DNA of 63,931 nt, counting the filler, from Catajapyx aquilonaris (Eukaryota), in assembly GCA_000934665.2 (NCBI GenBank). It is 2 parts of 2 records of this genome, joined end to end, with 100 filler letters (N's around TTAATTAATTAA, not from the genome) between each part and the next. Parts side by side here need not be neighbours in the genome. Positions count along the whole stretch, not along the records: positions 1 to 31,989 come from JYFJ02004466.1; 1 more part is not named here. The stretch is one strand, 5' to 3'. A program made the position numbers and the translations under genes. A model generated the notes under the pieces. It made no database searches. It had not been told where the DNA came from and was given only the letters and a program-made list of their open reading frames with translations. Positions 1-13,261 of the stretch are shown here, piece by piece. Every line of letters starts with the position of its first letter. Position 1 is the stretch's first letter.

Positions 1-500
1 TTTTAAGAGCAATGGCCAAGTTACAGCAAGAGAAATTCCATTAAAATCTTCGATGATTAAACTTAAGGTCGACCTGGAAAAATAAAGTTAGTGGTTTAGG
101 TTGAAAAAGTTCAGAATGCCAGTAATTGACAACGACGTTGAACTTGGCCGTATTTCAGATCTCACCACTTTTTACGGCCAAGCAGTCAGGAGAACTTGGC
201 CTTTTTTTTACTGAAAGGTTTTTGTGGGATATTGACTGACACATCCCATGAGATTGTTCAATAAGTTCAAATTCACAGAAACATTTTCAATTCAAAGTGC
301 AAGGTCTCAAGAAGGGAAGCATGTTTGGATTTTATTATCTGAGTAATGAGGCTTCTCAGACATATTGATACCACTACATAAAGTGATCCTCTGAATGTCA
401 ACATGATCTACGAGCAGCCAACTATTGAGGAAAAAGAAGGACTGAAGGAATTTGCCTGGATCTTTTGTAATGTTTACTGGGGAGGGGAGGGGGGGGGGGG

Positions 501-1010
501 TCTCACAACCAAACTGACTCTTTTTACCCTCCTAAATTTTGAACATTTTTGGATTTTCTAATTTTGCTTGGCCTATAGTGTTATGCAAACATCACCTCTG
601 CTGCTAATTTTCACGTCACAATACAAGGCAAAAGGCAATATTCCGAAGCCACAACACTAGCAGCATGTTGCGGGTTGCGGGTCCCTGGTCATCGCGACTG
701 TAAAGCGCTCTAGGTTGGCGTGAACGAGTAGAATATAACCTCACACGCTTCGAGATCAATATATTTTATGTAGAAATTTATTAATCAAGTTTAGTCAATC
801 ATTTACATATCACTGACATGAGTTGCGGCGACTCGCGACCAGATGCAGGTGTTGTCTTCAGAATATCGCCTTTTGGCTTGTATTTTGACCCTGCTAACGT
901 GAAAATTAGCAGCCGAGGTGATGTTTGCACAACACTATAGGCCAAGCAGAATTAGAAAAGTCAGATATTTTCAAAATAGGAAGGTAAAAAGAGTTAGTTT
1001 GGTTGTCAGA
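501..1010. mobile_element. MITE/foldback-like element with about 200-bp imperfect inverted arms
   Basis: 501-700 (TCTCACAACCAAACT...GCTTGGCCTATAGTGTT..GCAAACATCACCTC.GCTGCTAATTTTCACGT) is the reverse complement of 800-1010. Confidence 0.8.
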
Positions 1011-1563
1011 GCAGGCTGAATATGGGATTGGTTACACTCTATGCCCTGTGCAACAGATGAACTTGCATATTCTCACAGCCCTGGACTCGCACATTTTTCA
1101 CCATAACATTATTTAAGCATTCCAAAAAAATTGACAAGGATCAAAATTATGGAAATTTACCGGTTACTGGTTACAGTTAATGCGGCATGCCGGCCACCCC
1201 CAGGTTTCTGGTTGACCATGTTTTATACCGGCATGCCGCCGTAAGTGAGGTAATACAGTAATATTATAGATATTTTCATGACCACTGTTCTCTCTTCCTC
1301 CCTACCCCTGCCCTCTCTCTGCTGGGAATATCTTCCAAAATTGGAAAATTTAGGTTGTCAAGGTCTAAACTATCCTTTACATGGTTTTCTTTCATCAGAG
1401 ACAAAAAAAATCCAGACAGCAGCAAAATTTATAAGGCTCAATGTTTCCCACTCTCTGCTGCTGGAAAATTGTAATTTTCAACAAACTGCTATTCATTTAC
1501 ATTTGATCACCAGGTCTAACTGTAAGTGGTTGTTTACCTTGACAGAATAGTGAAAATACTCAC

Positions 1564-1686
1564 AAATGCACATTCATAACAGACATAACAATCCATTCAA
1601 GTCCTGATGTCGCTTCACCTCCTTCATCTTCCCATTGCAGCCAATCGAAAGGAACTGCAAAACAGCTGACTTGTGGTGAATGGCAT
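1564..1686 (-). other. Candidate internal exon of an unidentified minus-strand gene
   Basis: Strong acceptor ttttgttcttgcag and donor gtgagt flank 123 nt (3n) with one open frame (CHSPQVSCFAVPFDWLQWEDEGGEATSGLEWIVMSVMNVH). No family was recognised. Confidence 0.3.
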
Positions 1687-2475
1687 CTGCAAGAACAAAA
1701 TACAGGATCTAATACATAATAATAGAAGCAACACTGAGATTATCTTAACCACTAGAATCTGCATCATCCTCAATTATTAAAGGACTAGATGAAACTTTTG
1801 ACGAATGTTAAGTAACAAATAATATGTGATGGACGGTAACAATGCAAAACTTCATACTTAAATGGTTGCTTAGAAGCACATGTTGCTGCCAGCGCATAGC
1901 CATCCAGAATGAAGCAATTGACATTAAATCTAAGGCAATAACATCTGTGTCCTTCGAATGTTGTTAAACTGATAGGGTCATTGACATTATTGCTTTGCAT
2001 ATCACTAAATCTCCTTACACCTCCTTTACTAACAGATCATGTCTAATTCAATGCAGCAAGGGAGCTTGTACAGTTCAATAATAATCAATTTGTAATAACT
2101 AAATAATAATAACCCAAAACTCCAATATTCTATATAAAACATTACTTTTACAATTCAACTCATGACAATGTTAGGCTCAAATTTCATACCAACAGGCAAC
2201 AACTGAACTCAGATTACTGGCTTTAAAAACCCAGAATGTAACCATGAGACCTTGGTGACAAACAATTAAGCAGCTTCCAACACACATTCTGTATGTCATG
2301 GGTGGGATAATTCGTTCCTGGCAGGAAAAAGTTTTTCTCAGGCTGCCAATAATTCAACAAGCCACTACTAGATTTCATGTGTGGTTATTTAAGTGCAGCA
2401 GAAAGTGGGGGGAAAAAGATGTCATACTTGCAGCTGTATGGCTTGTTCATTTTCAGAGGTAATTTGAAAAATTAT

Positions 2476-2805
2476 GGAGAGGCGTGGTGGCCGAGATGGT
2501 AATGTCCCGGATTGCTGTGCGTAAGGTCCCAGGTTCGAACCCTGCCTGGGAGTTCCCTTTCACCTGCGTCAGGGGGTCTCTGACCCGTGCCTTGGTGGCA
2601 TCTGGCAACCTAGCCTCCAGGGGGATTGCACATTACCCATTTTCAGACATTGCACCTGCACCTGTGTCCCCTCCCCAAAAATCCCCATATTTCCCCATGT
2701 CCTGAGTATGAAGAAAAAACACGAAAATTGAATGGAAATATGGTGGTGTTCCACTTCCCTAAGAGGGCCTCTGGCCATATTACAGGGTAATACAACAACA
2801 AAAAA
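2476..2805 (+). mobile_element. tRNA-derived SINE, family A copy 1
   Basis: Pol III A box (TGGCCGAGATGG) and B box (GGTTCGAACCC). The body is colinear with the copy at 32648 and the end is A-rich. Confidence 0.8.
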
Positions 2806-3191
2806 TGATGAAAAATCTCTCAAAAAGTAGGCAGCAACCTTTCCATTATATGCTAACAAAAGGTAGGTCTGAAGAATGAAATTATTGTGTACATAAATTC
2901 TTTGGTGCTCTGAGATGGCACTGGTACTTTAAAACAAAAATTACACTAATTTACTTTCCAACAGTTACATATTTTGTATAATGGGACTATTTTAGCAATG
3001 GGTAGGGAACTATTTTGTCCCAAAGAATTATTATACAGAGTCTACTTCCTCCACTGAAAAAGCAAGAACTGGTAACTGCAGAGTTACTTAGAAATGGACA
3101 AATTGCATACAGAGAAATGGGTGATTGGGGTAACCACACATATTTTTTTGATCCAAAATTCGCACCTCACAATATTTATGGCTCCTCAATA

Positions 3192-3375
3192 GGAGGCAGA
3201 GTGGCGCTGTGGGAACGTATGCGCCCAAGGATGTAAGGGTCCCAGGTTCGATCCCAAGCCCTGACATGCCTCCCTACATCTCATGCAAAGTTGGGTCGTC
3301 TCTGGCTTTGTCTTGGGTGGGATTCCTTGAAATTAACCACCCGGGGAGTTCAAAAAATGACCAAGCGATGACATG
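3192..3375 (+). mobile_element. tRNA-derived SINE, family B (5' part)
   Basis: GTGGCGCTG A-box-like motif and GGTTCGATCCC B box; CATCTCATGCAAAGTTGGG...TCTCTGGCTTTGTC core shared with the 7470, 31103 and 33395 copies. Confidence 0.8.
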
Positions 3376-4227
3376 GCCCTGTTATCGTGGTGGGTGATCC
3401 TGAGAGAAAATTTAGAAAATGTAAAGAGTGGGATATGCCTCTTCAACAAATGAGCTCCATCTCAGATCTTTCCATGGGTGACAGGGTCTTTAATTTTCAC
3501 AATTACCCTTCAAATTGGAGATTTAATTTTTTTTACCAATCAGTACTACTATTACACATGAATCACAAATTTGAAAAAGGGGGTAAATCACGATTTTGGC
3601 GATTTTGAGTTATTCACATCATAAGATTCTACACCCCTGACACGTGAAAATGTGCAAGAAAGGTGCAGGTCAGGCAAACTGTTACGACTACAGGGTGACG
3701 CGTAAGGTCTGCACACATCGGTAATAATACTGTATTGTTAGCCAAAAATACAAAACTATTATCTATGTGTCCAGACTTTAGAGTCACCCTGTATATGGAG
3801 TTTTGTGCCAATTCCAGAGCATAAATAGCTGTACATACAGCATATACTCCAGTACAACTCTGAAAACCACAGAAAGTCCTACAAAGACATTCTTGCATGG
3901 AATGTACAGGAATTAGAGGACGATTAATAATGCAAAGTAATGCAGCATAGTGAAGTACACAACTATGCTGCAAAAAATTTGTTTACATGATTTTCTCGTG
4001 TGTAATTCAGAAAAAATGTAAAAAGAGGGCTGTCAGTTTTCTTTTTTTTCCCTTTTGCAAATGTCGTTGAATTACCTAAATAAAACTCCCATGGATCTCT
4101 TTGGGATGGTTATGTTGTCTTCTCAGTAAAATTCCACCTATCTAACATAGAGGGTTCTGAGGTAGATAGTTTTTCGTGCTACCTAAAAAGTTTGGTTACT
4201 GTGACTTATTATCCCCTTTTCCAAATG

Positions 4228-5125
4228 ACATGGGTTAAATCCTTATGGAAAAGTGCCCCCAGTTGGATTTGACTGAAACTTGGTCAGTTAATAGACCTTG
4301 TCCTCAGGGTCAATTGTTCTGAAGGCCGAAGAAAATCCACTGTGCCGTTTGGCCGCTAGAGGCGCTGAAAGTCTGAATTTCAAAGTTGTCTGATCTTGGT
4401 GAAAATGACGCATGCTGTAGAGTTTTGTGAGCTGAGTCAAATACGCTATGGGACCATTTTCTCTGACAAACCATTTGGTATTTATAGTTAGTTTTATATC
4501 GGTAATGAGGTGTATTGTAGTGTGTATTTGTATAGTACAGAATAGTACATAGGGGCGATGCAAAATCCGGAGGTGCACGACGCTAGAGCGAGCCGGTCGA
4601 CTCTTCAATTGCTGCAGAAGGCGAAGATCACAGTCGTAATCGAGCCCATCCGACTTCATTTTGCCATCTGAACCCAGTTTAAACCACCCTCGAAGGTGGT
4701 GTGAGTTAGACCGCGGTTTAAACCCCGTCTCGAGGCTAATCCCTGTCTTTACAAACGGAACCCTGGTTTAAACTGTGATCTAATTGAGCCGCTGTTTAAA
4801 CGCCGTCTTTGCAATCCACCCTTATAGTCCCAGTAAAAGGCCCGATGTTGAAGTCTAATTTATCCGTATCGCGGTCAAATGGTTTGTAAGAGAAAATTAT
4901 CCCATAGTGCATTCGACTCAGCTCACCAAACTCTACAGTGTGCGTCATTTTCACCAATATCGGACAACTTTGAATTTCCGACTTTCAGCGCCTTTAGCGG
5001 CCAAACGGCAAGGTAGATTTTCTTCGGCCTTCAGAACAATTGACCCTGAGGACAAGGTCTATTAACTGACCAAGTTTCAGCCAAATCCAACTGGGGGCAC
5101 TTATCCGTAAGGATTTAACACATGT
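4228..5125. mobile_element. Non-autonomous DNA transposon with about 250-bp TIRs and an internal Harbinger-like fragment
   Basis: 4228-4477 and 4876-5125 are highly similar reverse complements (e.g. TTGGTCAGTTAATAGACCTTGTCCTCAGGGTCAATTGTTCTGAAGGCCGAAGAAAATC). The interior 4670-4824 has four GTTTAAAC palindromes and ends GCAATCCACCC-TTA. Confidence 0.85.
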
Positions 5126-7469
5126 GCTTTGCAATTCCCGCTGTAAGAGTTAAATAAACATTTAATAAAAGGATTATTTAAAATCTAAACTCATTTGCAC
5201 TTCATAACTTCAGTCTTTCATTTAAATATATACTGTAGTTTTTCTCAACCATGCAACAAGATATTCGACTGATCTTTTCAATGAATCAACTTCTTCAAAA
5301 CCTTTATGCTCCTGCAGTCCTCAAAAAAAGCACCTTCATGCTAAATTGGTATTATAGCCCCCTTTGAAAATGTTCAAGGGTAGAGAACTTTGAAGCTCTT
5401 CAATTTTCACTGTACTGTACACACAAAGTGTGTGTATAACTGAATCAATGACTGCAATCATTTCACTTGCAAGTTAGAAAACTGTATCATCCCAAAATAG
5501 AACACCTACTCTCTGCACACTCCCGTACGAGATAGTTCACATTCTTTGGCAGCATCATATATGCACCTTGGAACTCGGAAGCATTTGCATGCTACAGTCG
5601 ACTCATCCAGTTATTGTTCATTCGAGTCCCACAAGCATTATGTTATTTTTAAGCTGGCGAAAGTGGTGTTTTCATTCTCACCCTTCTGAGGAATCTTCCC
5701 TTATAAATACGATGCAAGATATTAGTGAACTGCATACATACAAAATCATCGTACCGTATTTATTCNCCCCCCCCCCCCCCCCCCAGATTACCCTGCAATA
5801 GGCCTGTGGGGAAGCTTTCTATTCCTAGCATTATTAAACTTCACTATTGATAAAACTGAAAACCTTGAAAAGCCCATTCAACCACAGAGTACCTACCAAA
5901 TCCACATGAGAAAATCCATCACCCAACCCGGGGACTGAACTGATTATTATTATTAGTCAAATTATAGTCCTTGAAATTTTCAGCTAAATTATACTGAAAA
6001 TATTGGGACTACATGCAACAAATACCACCTGTACAGAGGCTGACTTTCTGTGCACAAGACACACCAGTTATGAAATCCCCTTCTGAAACTACTACCCCAG
6101 ATATGGCATCAGAGATGTAACCATAAAAGGGTAATACAGGTGAGACCTACCCAAAATATCAGCATTTTTCATCCAATGCTTACTTACACCTAGACTGGCT
6201 TACTTTCATTTGAATGACCCATGTAAAATGCTTGCAACTCTATTTTAAGCATGGGGTCAACATATCCCATGCACTCTCTAGGCCACCATAACCCAGATTA
6301 TTCCAACTGTAGAGTATGCGGAGCAACACTTGAGATGTAATGTGCATAAGTATGTGCATAAGTCCTAAAATACTGCACAACCAACAAAATTACGACATAT
6401 CACAGACCTGTCTATATCTGTCTTTAGGGGAGATAGGTACATGAAGGACAGCCATAATGGCCACCCACTCCAGTCACCACCACCAAGCAAACTCTGACAT
6501 GTTTCTATCCCCTCACAGCAGAAACAAACACTTCCAATGTGCCGATAAGAAAGGATGAAATATAGATAACCCATTATGGCTTTTACACACAGCACACAAC
6601 AGAAATCTCATTAAAATGTGGGATACAACACTTCAATGACACCCTATTTACTTACATCTCCACCAGGTTCTGTCGTTAATGAAAGTGCTCTTTATACCTC
6701 AACATTTACATGCTGTCATGTTGTAACATATCTGGGCAATTACAAAACCTACTTCAATATTTACATATCCCTTGCTGCACTAACTATGACATCATTAGCA
6801 AATACTCAGTTGGACACAGTGAAGCTATCAGCTATAAAAAATAATTATAGCACAGTGAAGATTTTAAAAATTTTACATGCGTGCCAACAACAATAAGCAT
6901 CCTTAATACTTGAGTTGTTTCAGTTCCGCATGTGGTGCTTAAATAATATTGCATTAGATATTTCCAAGAGTGTACGAACTCATTTAAAATATGTACACTG
7001 GAGCAACAAATGTCTGGAACATCACCAGAAGACTATTTAGAGTACTACCAGAGGACCTCACAGCACCAGAGATTTCATGAAAATATTCAATCTATAAACA
7101 CAGGGATTAAATACAATGTGATGATTGCCATAACACTAAGCTTAACTGAACTAGATCTGCTGACCTAAATCCTGTAATCTGGAAGTGACCTTAAAGTCCC
7201 CAGATGAAAAGCAGTAATTAATGGCAAATGGTATATGATGGATAAATAGTTCAAGCAAGAATGAGATCAAGTGTCACTGACGAGCAAATAAGGGCATGTG
7301 TAGGCCTACTCAAATGTACGCAAAATTTCCAGAAGCAACGCTCTAAGAATAGGAACATTCATAATATTCCAATTTATGTAATCCCACTGTGTACAAGTAA
7401 AACTAAACAAAGCAAGACTGATTATAAAGCTGTACTTATAGGCTACCTTAAAAATATTTAGCTATAAGC

Positions 7470-7799
7470 CGGGGAGGCGAAGTGGCGCTGAAGTAACGTA
7501 CGCGCCCACGGATGTAAGGGTCCCGGGTTCGATACCAAGCCCGGGCATCCCTCCCTTCATCTCATGCAGAGTTGGGTCATCTCTGGCTTTGTCTTGGGTG
7601 GAATCTCCGACAGACTAATCCATCCGGGGGAGTTCACAAAATGTACCGTTTGAGACATTGCACATCCCCTCCCAGTCATCCCCGCTTTCACTCACGGTAC
7701 CCAGGCACTACGAAAAAGGACCACTTGTAAGCTTGTACATCTGAAGCATAATAAAGGTACCGTGACAGATGCCCTTCGTTGGGCATTGCACTAACCCCA

Positions 7800-7864
<65 letters not shown>

Positions 7865-7876
7865 ATATGTCTATTG
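7470..7876 (+). mobile_element. tRNA-derived SINE, family B full length with (TTA)n tail
   Basis: A/B boxes, family core and (TTA)n at about 7800-7863. The flanking direct repeat AGCTATAAGC (7460-7469, 7877-7886) is consistent with a TSD. Confidence 0.85.
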
Positions 7877-8679
7877 AGCTATAAGCTTGTGACATGAAGG
7901 CCACAGCAAAATTTGGTTTTATTTGAATTTTTATTCTGTGGGTATAAAATTCTTCAGTGTGACACAAACAACAGTTCACTGGCGAGTTGCCCAACATATG
8001 ATTCTATCCTCAAATACGTATGGAGGAAGACCCAAGATGCACATGCTTTTGAGGTCTGAGAATGGAGTGCAAGTCAGGAGCACATGAAAAGGAACTGCCC
8101 TGCTAGTAAAGAAATACATGGGCCTACAGCAAAGATGTAAGATGCAGCATATCATAGAGGGTTTCTCAAAGTAACACGTATAATTACTTGGATATTTTGT
8201 AGCTATTTTTTTGTTCACATCATTGCTGGTGATTCCTGCCATCCTGATGCTCATCACTGTCTCCAGTGCATCTTGAAAATACTGTACATGCTATGGTACA
8301 TGCAGGGGAGGACTTAGGTAATATGGCGCCCTGTGTGAAGGCAAAATTTGCCCCCCCCCNCCCCCCCAATATAACACCGAATTTTTACACTGAGTTCATT
8401 TGGTACAGTTGCTTTTGTGCAAAATTTAAAAGAATTCATAAAACTGAACTTGGGATAAAAATCGGTGCTCCCCCCCACTAAAACACAATTGATTTTTGTA
8501 AGAATTATATTTGGTATTTTTGCTATTTTTAAAATCAGAAGAAAACAAATTCCTGCGAATTCATTGCTTAGCTGACCTTTCACTCTGTCTGAACTTTGTA
8601 ATTGATCTCAGTGGGGCAGTCAAAAATCCTAAGGCGTCAAGATATTGGAGTCATTCTGAATCAAGTGGGCCGAAATGTT

Positions 8680-9284
8680 GCTAGACCATCTCAGATTTTG
8701 CTGGGGGGGGAAACAAAAACAGCTATAAACGCCTGTGCCATAACGCTGCATACCAAGTTTCATCCATATTGCATGATTCCACGGGAGGGGAAAATCGCGA
8801 AGTTTTGAAAAAGGCTGAAATTAAGGCCTTTTTCCGAATTTTTTAAAATAGTGCAAGGGGGCAAAATGCAAAAACATATTAGTTATATCAAAAGAAATAA
8901 GACGAAATGAATGCAACCAACTCCATCGGTGCATTCCCCTCGTGTTTCTCTTTCATTTTATTTTATATTTTTATTGGGTTTTGACCACTTCCACTAATAA
9001 TTTAAGAATTTCCGACCTCTTCCATTTCGCGATCCCCCCTCCCCCAGTATTGCATGGTATGGCTGAAACTTGAAATTTAGCGTTATGGCATATGCGTGTA
9101 GAGATGGTCTAGCAGCTAGACCATCTCGAATTTTGCTGAAACAAATTCCAGCTCTACACATATGCCATTAACTCTAAATATCAAGTTTCAGCAGTACCAC
9201 GCAATACCGAGGGGAGGGGGAAAATCACGGAATTTTGGAAGAGGACTAAAATTATTAAATTAGTGGAAGTGGTCAAAACCCAAT
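8680..9284. repeat. Foldback-type repeat built from a ~150-bp unit in direct and inverted copies
   Basis: 8973-9284 is an imperfect palindrome (ATTGGGTTTTGACCACTTCCACTAAT...ATTAGTGGAAGTGGTCAAAACCCAAT, centre GAGATGGTCTAGC-A-GCTAGACCATCTC). 8680-8830 repeats 9115-9245 directly. Confidence 0.75.
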
Positions 9285-10057
9285 GAACATAATATTATAT
9301 ACAATCAATGAATTCCATCACATAGGGTGATCAACCTGTATATTATTCCGTCTGTTAACTGTTTTTGTTGAAAAATTTTAACCTGGTAAAAAACGATTGC
9401 GACAAATATTTGACACCCCCAATAAAAAAACAGCTAATTTTTACAATAATTCTCTTTGGTATGATATCTTATTTCCTTCATTTTAAAGTTTGTGAAAAAA
9501 AACAACTATTTTGATAAAATATTGGGGGAGTCTGAGGGCCCTTCGAGAATAGCGAATGGAGAGGTCTTTTGAATAAGTAGTACTGTCCCCGTATCCATAT
9601 AAAGATAGGAGTAATTTTTGTTGTTTTTCCTCGGCTTGGCGCCTCGCAGCCCCCGCAGGTCCCTCCCCTTTTGCTTGTGCTTGAAGAGTCTCCGCCACAC
9701 TGGATTTGGCGCTGCCATCGCGTCTCTGCATGGTCCCTAAGGCGCACTCGGGCGGTGGCTGGCGAATTTTCGAATGTGCTCCGGACCCAGCTGAAGGGTA
9801 AAGGATGGCTTGGGTTGGTTCAGAAGGCATCCACTCGAAATGTGGACCATGCAGCGGCAGCAGCGCCAATCCAGGGTTGTTATTGAGACCAGTTTAAGAG
9901 CATGGCCATCTCCATATGGCTGGGGTAGGAGTTCCAGGGGAACTTGTCGAACTGCCCTAAATCCGCTACTACCCTTGCCTCGCAGGGGAAAGAGAGCTGG
10001 GGGCGACCACCCAAGAATTGTTGAAAAGGTGACACCATCCCCCTGACACACATACAT

Positions 10058-10297
10058 ACGGTAGTTTAATATAAAAGTCTCCGCCAGACCGGGAATTTGG
10101 GGCTGGCGCCCCCCCACAGGAATCTACTGTTGACAGCCATCCGAATCCAAGTCTGCATACAGTAAGCCCTCAGAGATAATGGCAGTTTGGGTTTTTTTAG
10201 AAGGCGGCCACACGAACTGACCCCCCAGTAGATTCCTGTGGAGGCACGCCTGTGCCAAATTCTCAGTCTGGCGGAGACTCTTATATTAAACTACCGT
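10058..10297. mobile_element. MITE with about 70-bp TIRs
   Basis: ACGGTAGTTTAATATAA.AGTCTCCGCCAGAC...CCACAGGAATCTACTG mirrors CAGTAGATTCCTGTGG...GTCTGGCGGAGACT.TTATATTAAACTACCGT. Confidence 0.8.
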
Positions 10298-10696
10298 CAA
10301 CACAGCCTCACAGGGCTAGGCTGGAAGAACCAGGGGGCTGGGCGACACTTTTTCAAGTTGTGATTGACTAGGGATAACTTTTTTTTTTTCCGGCCTGGCT
10401 CCCTCGGGTGCCTCCCTATGCGGGGGAACTGGTCACACCGCCCTAAATCCAGGCCTGGTACATGATTGTCATCAAGACACATTTGGCATCAGAATTTCAC
10501 AGGTATGGTCAATATATTCTTGGTACACTTTGAGTCTAATTGGTGCAGACAATTATTGTCACATTTCCTGGTGATTCCATTTGACTGACAGATGGCTTGC
10601 TGAGGGCTGTGACTCCAATGGTCACAGCAAAGCCAAATGCAGCTATACATTGGCTACAAATTAGCATTCTACACATATTTGCTGTAGGCCAAACTA

Positions 10697-11606
10697 CGAG
10701 GGGTGTTCAAGTCATTCCAGGACTTTATTTTTTAACAACTCATACACAAGTGACACAGGTGTCAAACTTATACCACACCTTCCTTCAACTATCTTGTATG
10801 TTCAGTCAAGGGCCAGTCTTCATAAACAGTAATGTGAGAGAGAGAGAAAAGATGGCGTCGGATGGTGTCAGCGCAGTAGTGGGACAGCGCGTTATCGTTA
10901 AGTTTCTGGTGGCGGAAGGCATCAAAACATGGGATATTGTCACCAGACTAAGGAGACAGTATGGGGAGGATACCCTGAGCAGATCGGTGGTGTACGAGTG
11001 GGCTGCACGATACAAAGGCGGCCACAAAAGTGTGCTTGATGATACGGGACATGGTGGGTCGGCACCGAGTGTGGTGACGCCAGCGAACATCAAGCATGTG
11101 GAGGGATTAGTGCTCAGTAACCGTCGCGTTAACTGTTCGTGGACTTGTGCAGATGACAGGAATCAGTTGTGGCAGTGTTGAAACTATTCTGCATGAACAC
11201 CTTCACGTCTCTAAGGTGTCTGCAAGGCATTATTCTACTGCAGGACAATGCCCGCCCCCACACAGCCCATATTATCATGAACAAAATTCGCACACTCAGT
11301 TGGACCACTATTCCTCACCTGCCATACAGCCCAGACCTCGCCCCAAGCGATTTCCACCTTTTTGGGCCTTTAAAAGAGCATTTGTCATCGAGACGAATGA
11401 GGCAGTGCAAGAAGCTGTCCTGGCGTGGCTGAGGATTGGGGAACTCTCATTCTATGCTGCTGGGATACAAGCGCTTATACATCAGTGGGGAAAATGTTGT
11501 GCTGTTGCTGGGGACTATGTCGAGAAATGACCAAGGTTTGACACCTGTGTCACCTGTCTGTGATTTGTTAAAAAATAAAGTCCGGGAATGACTTGAACAC
11601 CCCTCG
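10697..11606 (+). mobile_element. Mariner (Tc1/mariner) DNA transposon, internally deleted, non-autonomous
   Basis: About 75-bp imperfect TIRs (CGAGGGGTGTTCAAGTCATTCC...GGAATGACTTGAACACCCCTCG) flanked by TA at 10695-96 and 11607-08. The disrupted transposase runs from ATG 10852 to stop 11530, with an HTH-like N-terminus (QRVIVKFL..EG...VYEWAARYKGG), LLQDNARPH, PYSPDLAPSDFHLFGPLK and a KC...GDYVEK* end. Confidence 0.95.
10852..11530 (+). pseudogene. Mariner transposase pseudogene (frameshifts and internal deletion)
   Basis: The coding sequence is split over three ORFs of the track (10597-11181, 11147-11530, 11169-11432). KVSAR is joined directly to IILLQDNA, so the WVPHxL motif and the first catalytic Asp are missing. 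Confidence 0.9.
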
Positions 11607-13115
11607 TAGTTCTGCACAGAGCAAGGTAATGCCTGATTATCCTTTGCAGAGCATCTGGAAAAGTTTCACAGGTGGGTGACACAGCAAGAATCCTGGCCTG
11701 GGGTTGCAGTTACATACACTATGATAGCAACAGTTGTCATGTTGAACTTTTTATATGTCGCTTTACCTAATGCTGTACACTAACTTGAACTTGGAAAATT
11801 AACATCATGGAAGTCCATGGAGTTCCCATTTTGATTCTTATTGGCTTAAAACAAAACCACTGTCCTGCATCTACAAACAAAATATTCTGGAAATTAAAAA
11901 ATCTATTCAATAGAAAGCAAATAGTCCAAGTTCACAATACGTAACAGCCTCCTCATATTCTTAGAGTGCTTAAGGTACAACAATGTAATGCAGACATTGA
12001 AGAGGTTTAATCCAGCCATAGGCTACCTTTCTCAGATTGTAGCCTTACATGGAACTTAAAAGTTTAACTCTTATAAATTGAAGTTTTAAGAAATACTGCA
12101 CAAAAAGTTCTCTTTCAGTCAAATTATAACCTCTCATACAGGAGTAGGTGGTCTGGTTAAAATATTTGGCCACTGCAGTGGTTGTAACAGATAATACCTC
12201 AAAAAACTGTAACCCTGATGAGGAAAGTAAAGGTCTGTGCAAGACCTCTCTGTCGTACACACTATACCATAATGTTGCTGTTGTTGTAATATATTAATTT
12301 AGCCACCAATCAAGTTTCAGCAAACCTACTTTTGTGTCTGCTTCTAGTACAAAAAACAAGCATATCATATTGAATTGCGAATTTCAGAGAAATTTGGCTG
12401 CCAATATTTCCATCCCACTTTTGCAGAATTCATTTGTGCCAAGCTCCAAAATATGTAAAAATTGCTGTTGGTAAATAATGCTCCATAGTGCAGTGAAAAA
12501 TTACACATCATGACATTGCACCTTTGCAATGGTCTGAAACCTCTGTGAACTCACGCAGTATGACGAACAACCATACACTACTACCCTTGTCATTTTGGTT
12601 TCTGCTTATACCAACACACTTAAATGGTTCTCATGGAATACCATGGCTACACACTCCTCTAATGTGCAAAAAACCTCTCTGCAGTTGTCACATGCATCAC
12701 ACATGCTGCATATGCTATCTCCATACTCTCTACAATAGAACGCTAATATGTTCAGTTGCTTTCACTGTCACACCATCAATTGTTGTGATATTATCTGCCA
12801 TGAACATGAGTGCCCAATCCAACTCAACCCACATCCTCAGCTAGGTCCTCCATCCGTTCTAAAATAACATGTGAGGCACGAAAACAACAACAAAGCAATG
12901 ATACCTTAGTGGATCTATCCTGCGTCGTGTAGTGTGTCACGCGCTCAACGGAAAAAAAGTGGCACAAACTGCCAGACAACAAAGGTGCACCGGCAAAAAC
13001 CAAAATAATTTCATCCGCACCTTCCCTTCTATTGTTTGGAAGAGTAGGCCCAGACCCCACAGACACAGACCCAGGCGAAAGCACTACGGACTGGGATTAC
13101 TACTGAACTTGGAAG

Positions 13116-13261
13116 TATCGATACGATATATCGATACTGATTATAAGCATGTATGCAGGCTGTATCGATACATTCATCCAAAAAGCTTATTGACTTTTAT
13201 GAATCAAGGTTGGTGTATCGATGCAGTTGCGTATCGATATTTGTATGGAATGGTATCGATG
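13116..13261. promoter_or_regulatory. Cluster of DRE-like TATCGATA palindromes (or hAT subterminal repeats)
   Basis: TATCGATA at 13116, 13129, 13163 and 13232; TATCGATG at 13216 and 13254. Confidence 0.5.

Noticed and set aside
2476..2550. tRNA genes at the SINE heads (also 3192, 7470, 17660, 31454, 32648, 33752)
   Set aside because: A/B boxes are present, but each continues into a shared SINE body and tail, several with TSDs, and I could not build a convincing cloverleaf.
9478..10117. Cluster of overlapping GC-rich ORFs
   Set aside because: No motif was recognised; the region is a patchwork of repeat fragments and MITE ends.
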